From: an uncultured Poribacteria bacterium
GTDB lineage: Bacteria > Poribacteria > WGA-4E > WGA-3G
DNA: 64,000 nucleotides
Assembly: GCA_958296135.2 (NCBI GenBank)
Contig: CATQHZ020000001.1
Location: 128,001 to 192,000, forward strand
Direction: 5' to 3'
Shown here: piece after piece, positions 32,210-41,018 of the stretch
Numbering within the stretch: the first letter of the stretch is position 1
Layout: every line of letters starts with the position of its first letter
Translations under genes and position numbers: made by a program
Notes under the pieces: generated by a model
What the model saw: the letters and a program-made list of their open reading frames with translations, nothing else
What the model was told of the DNA's origin: nothing
Database searches by the model: none

Positions 32210-32650
32210 ATTTCACCGTAGCGCGGGTGCCCGGCGATCGCAAATCGCCGAGGGTTCCCCCCGCGATCTCCCGCCCGACACGAAAAACGCCACTGTTACC
32301 GTAGCGCGGGGGCCGTTACGCCGAAACGCTGGCATCTCTGCCGCCTCGCTGCCGAGATGTCCACTGTCCCTCGCGATCTCTCGATCTACGCGAAAACCGT
32401 CCGCAGCTCAGAGGCCCCGGACGGTTTTTCTTTAGACCGATGCATGGCGAGGGACAGGCCCTCGCCCTACGGGCCGCGGGGCCGCTTTGCTTCCGCTCAT
32501 CGACACGAAAAACGCCACTGTTACCGTAGCGCGAGGGCCTGTCCCTCGCGATCCCCCGACCGACACGAAAACCGTCCGGGCCCTGGGCTTCGGCTGTTTT
32601 TTGATGCGATCGAGCACGGCGAGGCACAGGCCCTCACCCTACGGGCTGCG
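32210..32650. repeat. REP-like repeat cluster
   Basis: CCGTAGCGCG(A/G)GG... and GGCGAGGGACAGGCCCTCGCCCTACGG units with the same loop modules seen elsewhere. Confidence 0.88.
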
Positions 32651-32660
32651 GGGCGTTTTC

Positions 32661-33230
32661 CTACTTCCGAATTACCATCTTCCGCGTCGCAGAGAAATCT
32701 CCCGCCTGCAGCGTATAGAAATAGACACCGCTCGCAACCGGCTCTCCTTGTGCATTGCGGCCATCCCAATACGCCGCGCGGGCCTGAGCCTGATACACAC
32801 CCGCAGGCATCTGTCCTAACGCCAGCGTGCGCACCAGTTTCCCATCCGCCGAATAGATGGAGACCGCGACTTCCGCAGCCTTCGCCAACTGATACGGTAT
32901 CCACGTTTCTGGGTTAAACGGATTGGGATAGTTGGCAAGCAGCGCGGTTTGTTTCGGCGTTAGACTTGCGAGGAGCTGCTGCAGCACGGCAATGCCGCGC
33001 CGATACGCAGGGTTTGCGCTGTCCAGCCGTCGCGCCTGCGCGAGCCACTGTTGCACATCCGCCGCCCGTAGGAGAGACCTCCCAGTCTCGATTTCCCTCC
33101 CGGTCTCGATGCTCCTCCCGGTCCCGATATGCCCCGGCGCGAACCCCGGCGCGCCGGCTGCCACCAACACCAGATCCTGAATGCTGACAACGCCATCACC
33201 ATTAACATCAGCGGGATTGGCTTCACTCAT
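32661..33230 (-). CDS. Dockerin-like plus YPNPFNP C-terminal domain ORF, probably the out-of-frame 3' part of the WD40 gene
   Basis: ADVNGDGVVSIQDL; DVQQWL..A, GIAVL.QLL..LTP..TALLANYPNPFNPETWIPYQL...WDGRN..GE.VASGVYFY; no signal peptide; its ATG overlaps the end of the WD40 ORF. Confidence 0.7.
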   Translation of the reverse strand: MSEANPADVNGDGVVSIQDLVLVAAGAPGFAPGHIGTGRSIETGREIETGRSLLRAADVQQWLAQARRLDSANPAYRRGIAVLQQLLASLTPKQTALLANYPNPFNPETWIPYQLAKAAEVAVSIYSADGKLVRTLALGQMPAGVYQAQARAAYWDGRNAQGEPVASGVYFYTLQAGDFSATRKMVIRK

Positions 33231-34194
33231 CTCTAAAGACAAAGAGGATTTGGCGTGTATTGCCGGTGGCAATATCCCACAGCCGGACGGTGCTGCCCCG
33301 ACTGCCACTGGCGAGTGTTTTTCCATCGGGGCTGAACGCAACGCTCCTGACATCGTCCGTACGTCCGGTGAGTGTTTGGCGTGTATTGCCGGTGGCGACA
33401 TCCCACAGATGGATGGTGCTGTCCCGACTGCCACTGGCGAGTGCGGCACCCTCCGGGCTGAACGCAACGCTAGTGACCCAGTGGGTATGTCCGGTGAGTG
33501 TTTGGCGTGTGTCACCGGTGGCGATATCCCACAGCCGGATGGTGGTGTCAACACTGCCACTGGCGAGTGTTTTTCCATCGGGGCTGAACGCAACGCTAAA
33601 GACGCTGTCGGTATGTCCGGTGAGTGTTTGGCGTGTATTGCCGGTGGCGATATCCCACAGCCGGATGGTGTTGTCCGAACTCGCACTGGCGAGTGTTTTT
33701 CCATCAGGGCTGAACGCAACGCTTAAGACATTGCCGGTATGTCCGGTGAGTGTTTGGCGTGTATTGCCGGTGGCGATATCCCACAGCCGGATGGTTTTGT
33801 CAACACTGCCAGTGGCGAGTGTTTTTCCATCGGGGCTGAGCGCAACGCTAAAGACGCTGTCGGTATGTCCGGTGAGTGTTTGGCGTGTATTGCCGGTGGC
33901 GATATCCCACAGCCGGACGGTGTCGTCCTCACTCGCACTTGCGAGTGTGTTTCCATCAGGGCTGAACGCAACGCTCCGAACATTGTCGGTATGCCCGGTG
34001 AGCAGTGCCACTTCTTGGTAGGTTGCGGTATCGTAGAGCCAAATCCCGACGGAACTCGCAACCGCTAGCAGGGTGCCATCGGGAGAATACGCTATCTCCC
34101 AGATGCGTGGTCCGTCGATAATTACGGGTGATCCCATCAGTGCCATCGTGGAAGTCAATAGCAGCGTGAAGGTTAAAAGCGTTAATTTTTTCAT
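33223..34194 (-). CDS. Secreted WD40 beta-propeller protein with near-identical 126-bp repeats
   Basis: Signal MKKLTLLTF; six LTGHT..V.SVAFSPDG.TLASGS.D.TIRLWD units at an exact 126-bp period. Confidence 0.9.
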   Translation of the reverse strand: MKKLTLLTFTLLLTSTMALMGSPVIIDGPRIWEIAYSPDGTLLAVASSVGIWLYDTATYQEVALLTGHTDNVRSVAFSPDGNTLASASEDDTVRLWDIATGNTRQTLTGHTDSVFSVALSPDGKTLATGSVDKTIRLWDIATGNTRQTLTGHTGNVLSVAFSPDGKTLASASSDNTIRLWDIATGNTRQTLTGHTDSVFSVAFSPDGKTLASGSVDTTIRLWDIATGDTRQTLTGHTHWVTSVAFSPEGAALASGSRDSTIHLWDVATGNTRQTLTGRTDDVRSVAFSPDGKTLASGSRGSTVRLWDIATGNTRQILFVFRDE

Positions 34195-34209
34195 CTGGAT
34201 TTCTCCTGT

Positions 34210-34945
34210 TGCGTATCGGGACCGGGATGTCCCTCCTACTGTTCGGGACAAGGATGTCCCTCCTACTGAAGCGCGAGGGGACAGGCCCCCGCGATCTCGC
34301 GACCGAAACGAAAACCGTCCCTTTCACCGTAGCGCGAGGGCCGTCACGGTCACGCCTACAGCAAACGTGCGTGTGTCGCCCCGCGTAAACACGCTACCTT
34401 TAACGCTATCATCTCTGCAGCCTCGCTGCAGAGATGTCCACTGTCCCTCGCGATCCTTCGATCGAAACGAAAACCGTCCCTTTTACCGTAGCGCGAGGGC
34501 CGTCACGCCGAAACTTTGTCATCTCTGCAGTCCCGCTGCCGAGATGTCCACTGTCCCCCGCGATCTCCCGAACTGCCCGGAAACCGTCCGCAGCCCCGAG
34601 GCCGCGAACGTTTTCTGGTGCGATCGATGCATGGCGAGGGACAGGCCCGCGCCCTACGGGAAAAGGAACGCGCGCGGCCCGGCGAGGGACAGGCCCTCGC
34701 CCTACGGTGAAAGGAACGCGCGCGGCCCGGCGAGGCTCAAGACCGCGCCCTACGGGAAAAGGAACGCGCGCGGCATGGCGAGGGACAGGCCCTCGCCCTA
34801 CGGTGAAAGGAACGCGCGGCATGGCGAGACACCAGACCGCGCCCTACTGGAAAAGGAACGCGCGCGGCCCGGCGAGGGACAGGCCCTCGCCCTACGGTGA
34901 AAGGAACGCGCGCGGCATGGCGAGACACCAGACCGCGCCCTACGG
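34210..34945. repeat. REP-like cluster with tandem AAAGGAACGCGCG(C)GGC-REP units
   Basis: About six tandem units of 47-51 bp ending GCCCTACGG at 34630-34945, plus loop-module REPs at 34327-34565. Confidence 0.9.
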
Positions 34946-34947
34946 TA

Positions 34948-35223
34948 TCATTCGCCTATGCCGCCACTGATAGCAGGGAGAAAGTGAATCTCCGCATCTG
35001 CATCGAGGCGTTCGCGCAGCCCTTCGCGGGTAGTGAGGATACCGTCAATATAGACAGCGATGCCGGGTTTGATGCGTCCCTCTTCGCATAACCGCGCTTT
35101 GACACCGGGATAGCGGTGCTCTAAATTGTCGATGACTTCGCGGACAGTGTTGCCGGGGACGGTGACATGCTCTCTGCCCGCGGTCAAATTGCGCATGAGG
35201 GAGGGAATGGCTACGTGTGGCAT
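34948..35223 (-). CDS. MoaD/ThiS-family ubiquitin-like sulfur carrier
   Basis: V.IP..MR.LT.G...V.V.G.TVREVID.L...YPG...RL; C-terminal LPAISGG followed by IGE. Confidence 0.88.
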   Translation of the reverse strand: MPHVAIPSLMRNLTAGREHVTVPGNTVREVIDNLEHRYPGVKARLCEEGRIKPGIAVYIDGILTTREGLRERLDADAEIHFLPAISGGIGE

Positions 35224-35423
35224 TTTTGTTGTTCCTAGCGGTAGTTCAGCTTCGTCTGGGTAGGTAGTTTTGACTTACCAGGCCGTTTTGACGTTGTCAA
35301 GACTTCCCTCTCTGGGATGCAAGCATCGCCAACGGTGATGTGGCCTGATGCGTCAACCCGGACAAGCGAGGCGGGTAGGCGCGCTTGCAAAGCGCGCCTA
35401 CGGGAATTTGAGGATGGATGAGC

Positions 35424-37679
35424 CTAGATTTTGCCCATCGCTTTCAGCATCCGGTCGGGTGACATCGGCAGTTCTGTCATCCGAATGCCAATCGCATCGT
35501 AGATGGCGTTGGCGATGGCCGCGGGCGGCGGCACAATCGGCACTTCACCGACACCGCGCACGCCATACGGATGTCCCGGATTCGGCACCTCAACGATGAC
35601 GGTGTCTATCATCGGTAGATCCAAGCATGTCGGGATGCGGTAATCGAGGAAACTCGCGTTTGTCATCGTGCCCTCGGCATTGTAGATGTATTCCTCGTTC
35701 AATGCCCAGCCGATGCCTTGGACAACGCCGCCCTGAATTTGCCCCTCAACATAACTCGGATGGATGGCTTTTCCGGCATCCTGTGTTGCAGTGTAGCGGA
35801 GAATCTGCACCTTGCCGGTATCCTCGTCTACCTCCAGGTCTACGATGTGGGTTGCAAACGCGCCGCCAGCACCTGGGGGATTCACGGCAGCACTGCCAAC
35901 GACGGGGCCGCCTGTTTCACCGAGTCGCGCCGACAAATCGTGGAAGCTGAGCTGCGCTTCCTTGCCATTGATGCAGGAGAATTCGCCATCGGCGAACTGC
36001 ACATCTTCTTCATCAACTTCCCAGAGTTTCGCTGCACGTGCGATGAGCTGTCGTTTGACATCTTGCGCGGCTTCATAAGCGGCGTAACCGGTCGCGAACG
36101 TCGTGCGGCTGCCGCCTGTCACGGCGGTGTAGCCCACAGAATTGGTATCCACGACGCTCGGATTGACAGATTCAGCGGGGATACCGAGCACTTCCGCCGC
36201 CTGCATGGCAATAGATGCGCGCGTGCCGCCGATATCCGTTGAACCTTCGACAAGGTTAATCGTGCCATCGGGATTGACGCTGATGGAGACACTGGATGCC
36301 AAGCCGATGTTGAACCAGAAGCCGGATGCGACACCGCGTCCGTGGTGCTTCTTGCCGTTCGGCGAGGTGTAGTGCGGATGCTGTTTCGCCGCTTCAACGC
36401 TTTCAATAAAGCCGATGCGCGGGAAAACCGGGCCGTCTGCGCGCTTGACACCCTCTTTGGCACCGTTCATGATGCGGAATTCCAGCGCGTCAATATTCAG
36501 TTCCTTCGCGAGTTCATCAATCACCGTCTCTGAACCGAACGCGGCGTTGGTTGCACCGGGGGCGCGGTAAGGCGCGCTCTTCGGTTTATTGACGACGACA
36601 TCGTAGCCGTCAATCAGGACGTTCGCAATGTCGTAGGGTGCGAAGATGCACATCGCGCCCGCACCGACAGGCGAACCAGGATACGCCCCTGCTTCAAAGG
36701 CGAGGTGCGTCTGCGCCGCGGTGAGTTTGCCATCCTTCGTGGCACCCATTTTGACGCGGATGAAAGACGCAGGTGTCGGGCCAGTGCCTTCAAACACATC
36801 CGCGCGGTTCATCAGCACCTTCACCGGTTTGCCTGTCTTCTTGGCGAGCAGGGCCGCGACCGGTTCCACGTAGACGTTGATTTTGCCGCCAAAGCCGCCC
36901 CCAATCTCCATCGGCACCACCTTAATCTTGGAGATAGGATACTGAAGGATTTCGGTGAGCTGTTCGCGCACAGTAAACGCGCCTTGCGTGCTACACCACA
37001 CCGTCAACTGCCCATCAGGGTTGTAAAGTGCCGTGGCGTTGTGCGGTTCAATGTAACCTTGGTGGACAGTGCCGGTGACGAACTCGCGTTCAATGATGAC
37101 ATCCGCCTCGGCGAACCCTGCCTCGATATCTCCCTTCTTGTGCTGGAGATGGCTGGCGACGTTGCTAGGTTCTTCGGCGGTTTCGCCCAGCGAGCCGGTC
37201 TTCAGAGTTTCGTGGAGGAGCGGTGCAGCCGGCTCCATCGCTTGACGCACCTCTAGGACAGGCGGCAGCACTTCATAGGCCACATCGATGAGCGCGCACG
37301 CTTCTTCTGCGATGTGTGCGTTCGTCGCGGCAACAGCGGCGATGGCGTGTCCCTTGTAAAGTGCCTTGTCACTAGCGAGAATGTTATCACATAGGTATTT
37401 GAGATGGACCGCGCCTTCACCCAAGTCGGCGACTTTGTCTGCCGCATCAGGCAAATCTTTGGCGGTGACAATCGCTTTGACACCGGGGTATGCTTCGGCG
37501 CGGCTCGTGTCAATGGAGAGGATGCGCGCATGGGCATGCGGGCTGCGGAGCACCCTGCCGTGCAGGAGTCCCGCGGTGTGGAAATCGGCACCGTATAGCG
37601 CACGCCCGGTGACTTTGTCCACACCGTCGTGCCGGATGGGCCGGGTTCCGATAACTTTGTATTCTTTCTTTTCGGGCAT
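35424..37679 (-). CDS. Molybdopterin-binding large subunit, xanthine dehydrogenase/CoxL-like family
   Basis: KVTG.A.Y..D, LRSPHAHARI, HQGYIEP, GGGFGGK, YRAPG, GGSR, VEGQIQGG..QGIG.AL.E, RGVGE. Confidence 0.93.
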   Translation of the reverse strand: MPEKKEYKVIGTRPIRHDGVDKVTGRALYGADFHTAGLLHGRVLRSPHAHARILSIDTSRAEAYPGVKAIVTAKDLPDAADKVADLGEGAVHLKYLCDNILASDKALYKGHAIAAVAATNAHIAEEACALIDVAYEVLPPVLEVRQAMEPAAPLLHETLKTGSLGETAEEPSNVASHLQHKKGDIEAGFAEADVIIEREFVTGTVHQGYIEPHNATALYNPDGQLTVWCSTQGAFTVREQLTEILQYPISKIKVVPMEIGGGFGGKINVYVEPVAALLAKKTGKPVKVLMNRADVFEGTGPTPASFIRVKMGATKDGKLTAAQTHLAFEAGAYPGSPVGAGAMCIFAPYDIANVLIDGYDVVVNKPKSAPYRAPGATNAAFGSETVIDELAKELNIDALEFRIMNGAKEGVKRADGPVFPRIGFIESVEAAKQHPHYTSPNGKKHHGRGVASGFWFNIGLASSVSISVNPDGTINLVEGSTDIGGTRASIAMQAAEVLGIPAESVNPSVVDTNSVGYTAVTGGSRTTFATGYAAYEAAQDVKRQLIARAAKLWEVDEEDVQFADGEFSCINGKEAQLSFHDLSARLGETGGPVVGSAAVNPPGAGGAFATHIVDLEVDEDTGKVQILRYTATQDAGKAIHPSYVEGQIQGGVVQGIGWALNEEYIYNAEGTMTNASFLDYRIPTCLDLPMIDTVIVEVPNPGHPYGVRGVGEVPIVPPPAAIANAIYDAIGIRMTELPMSPDRMLKAMGKI

Positions 37680-37752
37680 TGCGAATTTCCTCCGATGCGC
37701 GCTTAGAAAGCGCGCCTACGCGTTTGTAGCCATCGCGCTCAGGAGATTGCGT

Positions 37753-38223
37753 CTACATGGCTGCGGCCGCGTCAAGCACGGCACGAACGATTTTATCGTA
37801 ACCGGTGCAGCGGCACAGGTTGCCGGCTAACCAGTATCGGACTTCGGGCTCCGTCGGGTTCGGGTTATTATCAAGCAGTGCCTTTGCACTCATGAGAAAC
37901 CCGGGTGTGCAGATACCGCATTGGAGCGCGGCGTTTTCGAGGAAGGCATCCTGAATCGGATGCAGTCTGTCGGGTGCAGCGAGGCCTTCCACGGTTTCAA
38001 CAACTTTGCCCCCGGTCTCTACACCGAGGACGAGGCATGAATTGACGAGCCTGCCATCTAAGATGACACTGCAGGCACCACAATTCCCGTTGTTGCATCC
38101 CTCTTTGGCACCGGTGAGTTGGAGTTCGTCGCGGAGGACTTCCAAAAGACTCTGCCGTGCTTCGCAGAGGAATTCAACGGAGTCGCCATTGATTTGGGTT
38201 TGAACGTGCGTTTTTCTCGCCAT
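37753..38223 (-). CDS. 2Fe-2S small subunit (CoxS-like)
   Basis: GAKEGC..G.CGACSV, NSCL, QCGICTPG, GNLCRCTGY; start MARKTHV. Confidence 0.93.
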   Translation of the reverse strand: MARKTHVQTQINGDSVEFLCEARQSLLEVLRDELQLTGAKEGCNNGNCGACSVILDGRLVNSCLVLGVETGGKVVETVEGLAAPDRLHPIQDAFLENAALQCGICTPGFLMSAKALLDNNPNPTEPEVRYWLAGNLCRCTGYDKIVRAVLDAAAAM

Positions 38224-38314
38224 ATTGTGGGCTCCTTTTTTTGTAGGCGTTGCGCGCTTTGAAAGCGCGCCTACCGGTTGGTGAATGCGTACCGCGCCTA
38301 TCGGCGCACCGGGA

Positions 38315-39190
38315 TTAGGCATCCAAGACTCGCTGAATTGCTCCCTTTAAGGCGCGGCGGGTTAGCACACCGACGAGATGCGTTCTCTGTTCGGCGGTGC
38401 CGCGCATGTCACTGATGGGACGCGCAATGGCTTGCGCCGCGGCTGCCGCTTCGTCAATCGCTGCGTCAGAGATTTCTCTGCCGGCGAGCAGCGCGCTCGC
38501 TTCTTCTGCAAAAAGCGGCGTGGGAGCAACGGCTGCCAACGCGATGCGTGCAGAGACAATCGTCTCTTGCGCAGCATCAAGCGTCACGGCCGCACCCGCG
38601 CCGACAACAGCAATATCCATCTCATTGCGCGGGATAAATCGGAGATAGTAGGAACTGGAATGGCTGGACGGCTGCGGTATCTTCAGGGCTACCAGCATTT
38701 CACCTCTCTCCAAGGCTGTCTGTCCGGGCCCCGTGCAAAACGCCCCGACAGGAAGTTCTTTCTCACCGCCCGGGCCTGCGATAACGCAGATGGCGTTGAG
38801 GACGATGAGCGGCGGAATGCAATCCGCGGCGGGGGAGGCGTTACATAAGTTCCCGCCGACGCACGCACGCCCCTGAATCGCGGTGCCGCCGATAATTTTC
38901 GTCGCATCGACTAAGGCTGGAAAACTCTCGCAAATGGACTCTGTACCGTAAATCTGATAACACGGCACAGCGGCTCCGAGTCTGAGTCCGTTTTGCGAGT
39001 CGTGGGTGAGGACATTCACTTCGGGGATGGCTTTGATGTCCACCATCCAGTCAACGTCGCGCTTGGCCTCCCTGACTTGGACGATGAGGTCTGTGCCGCC
39101 AGCCAGGACCCGGGCCTGTTGTCCTTTTTCTTTAAGAACCGCGACGGCCTCCGGCACCGTTTGCGCGGCGACATATTCAAATGCTTGCAT
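38315..39190 (-). CDS. FAD-binding medium subunit (CoxM-like)
   Basis: LAGGTDL, IGG..IQ.RA..GGNLCNASPAAD, AVAPTP, PISD.RG. Confidence 0.93.
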   Translation of the reverse strand: MQAFEYVAAQTVPEAVAVLKEKGQQARVLAGGTDLIVQVREAKRDVDWMVDIKAIPEVNVLTHDSQNGLRLGAAVPCYQIYGTESICESFPALVDATKIIGGTAIQGRACVGGNLCNASPAADCIPPLIVLNAICVIAGPGGEKELPVGAFCTGPGQTALERGEMLVALKIPQPSSHSSSYYLRFIPRNEMDIAVVGAGAAVTLDAAQETIVSARIALAAVAPTPLFAEEASALLAGREISDAAIDEAAAAAQAIARPISDMRGTAEQRTHLVGVLTRRALKGAIQRVLDA

Positions 39191-39318
39191 AACCGGTCTC
39201 CATTGCTATCCTTCCGCTCCGCTGGAGCGGGTTAAAGAGATAGTGAAAAAGTAGTTGCGTCTCTAATATGCTATTATAGCAAAAACGCAAAAATATGCAA
39301 GAATTTTTTTTAAGGCAT

Positions 39319-39738
39319 TTAATCCCTTTCGCCGGCCTGCTGTAATGCTTCCTCAATAACCGATTTCCCTAAATAGATTCCGTTCGTCTGCATCTGGATT
39401 AAAAGCGGGATGTGTTGCGCATACCGTCTGGCTCGTTGCTCATCAATAATGACGAGGCGCGCGTTGTGTTCTATTGCCAGGGCAATGACTGCGGCTTCGC
39501 CCGGGTCGAGTTTTATCGGAATCAAAGGGGGTGGCTGAACTACCTGCGGAAATGTTCGGAGCCACGGTGCAGTTTTGAGGGCATTCTGGCGGGCTGTCGG
39601 CTCAATCCCAAGAAACTCCTCTTTAACCTCTTCAGGCATCCACACCTCTGTGTAGAGGGCGCGTAGCAGCGGCAGGTGGTTGAGCATCCATAGCGCAACG
39701 AGTGGGCTATTATTGATAATTACTGGATGTATGGGCAT
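39319..39738 (-). CDS. DUF3368-type PIN-domain protein, apparently with an internal deletion
   Basis: IINNSPL.AL, V..P..V..E, LD.GEA.VIALA, IIDE..ARR.A, ending AGE; the usual G....GT.G.L..AK..G segment seems absent. Confidence 0.75.
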   Translation of the reverse strand: MPIHPVIINNSPLVALWMLNHLPLLRALYTEVWMPEEVKEEFLGIEPTARQNALKTAPWLRTFPQVVQPPPLIPIKLDPGEAAVIALAIEHNARLVIIDEQRARRYAQHIPLLIQMQTNGIYLGKSVIEEALQQAGERD

Positions 39739-40921
39739 TCTCGCTTTTTTTGCCAGTGGCAAAGTCCGCTGCAAGTTCCCCTGGCGTTTCTCCGAAAGGA
39801 GAAAGTCGGTATTTCCCCATGAAACCCATGAACTCGCCATACGGCATGCATGCCAGCCGTGCCGCAAGCCCGATGCTGAGTTCATGGGTTTTGTAGTATT
39901 TCAACGCTAACATCACGCGAGTCTCCTTTTCACGTTCACCCGGGTCTTTCTTGGGAGTCAGCAACGCGGCGATGTCGCCTGGCAGTTTAACGCCGGTTTT
40001 CCGTTCAAAATGGACAACGCTTTTGTAGGAACCACGGAACGCGGCGATGATATCCAGCACCTTGAACTTGGCGGCCCCCAAGTCTGCTTTTGCCTTTTCC
40101 CATTCGCGCAGCCGTAACCACGCTTCGCCGCGGTAGTAATGCGCCTCGGCAGACTCCGGGTTGAGGGTTATCGCCGTGTCCTGGTCCTGTATCGCGCGTT
40201 GGGCATCACCCTTGTGAAGGTAAGCCACACCACGATTGTTGTAAGCCATCGGTGCCTCCGGGGCAAGAGCGATTGCGCGATTATAGTCCGCGATGGCACG
40301 TTCAAGCTCACCTTTGCTATCGTAGACAATGCCTCGATTAATATACGCCTCGGGGCAATCTGGTTTGAGCATAATTGCAGTGCTATATTCTGCAATAGCA
40401 ATCGCAATTTCCCCTTTTTTCCACAAAGCGGTGCCGCGGTTGACATACGCCTCGGCAAGTTTGGGGTTCAATGCTATCGCTGTGTTATAGTCTTCAATAG
40501 CGGCAGCCATCGCGGAATGATAGGCAGTTTCGCTGCAGCCGCTAGCGGCCGAGTGCAGACCCACGGGGATGTGATAGCGCTTAAGGATTGCGTCAACCTC
40601 GCCGTTTTTTTCGTAAGCGATGCCGCGATTGACGTAAGCCGCTGCAAACGTCGGCTCTAATGCAATCGCCTGGCTCAGAGATGCAATAGCCATGTCATGG
40701 CAGCCGCATTTGATGGAATCCAGCCCGAGATTGTAGTAGGCTTTAACGGAATCCGGTTGCAATTCGAGTGCCTGCCTGAAAGCACTGGTTGCCAAACCGT
40801 GCTCGCCTTCTTGGCTATAAGCGATACCGCGGGCGTTACGTGCCTCGGCCGGGGCCACTTTTTTTAGTGCATCTGTAGGTACAGCAAACCCGACGGGAAC
40901 TGCAATGAGTTCTCGCATCAC
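39710..40921 (-). CDS. TPR protein fused to a C-terminal UPF0175-like antitoxin domain
   Basis: About 7 TPRs, the shared KLP.DIA..LT tail, then RVMLALKYY...ELSIGLAARLA.MPYGEFM.FM.KY.LSPF; overlaps the PIN gene. Confidence 0.8.
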   Translation of the reverse strand: MMRELIAVPVGFAVPTDALKKVAPAEARNARGIAYSQEGEHGLATSAFRQALELQPDSVKAYYNLGLDSIKCGCHDMAIASLSQAIALEPTFAAAYVNRGIAYEKNGEVDAILKRYHIPVGLHSAASGCSETAYHSAMAAAIEDYNTAIALNPKLAEAYVNRGTALWKKGEIAIAIAEYSTAIMLKPDCPEAYINRGIVYDSKGELERAIADYNRAIALAPEAPMAYNNRGVAYLHKGDAQRAIQDQDTAITLNPESAEAHYYRGEAWLRLREWEKAKADLGAAKFKVLDIIAAFRGSYKSVVHFERKTGVKLPGDIAALLTPKKDPGEREKETRVMLALKYYKTHELSIGLAARLACMPYGEFMGFMGKYRLSPFGETPGELAADFATGKKSENAHTSSNYQ

Positions 40922-41018
40922 TTTTTCTCCTTTAGAAAGTTGATTTGTTGGGAAATATGGTAACCTATTTGGCGGCTAGAAGTCAAGCGAATTTCACAGT
41001 TCGTCTGAATCAGGTTTT

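Noticed and set aside
33181-34068. Repetitive Cys-containing ORFs antisense or off-frame to the WD40 gene
   Set aside because: They are shadows of the 126-bp in-frame repeat.
34630-34945. Possible CRISPR array of palindromic repeats
   Set aside because: Units are contiguous REP variants with repeated linkers and no unique spacers.
35424-39190. Aerobic CO dehydrogenase
   Set aside because: The large subunit lacks the AYxCSFR motif and no coxDEFG accessory genes are adjacent.
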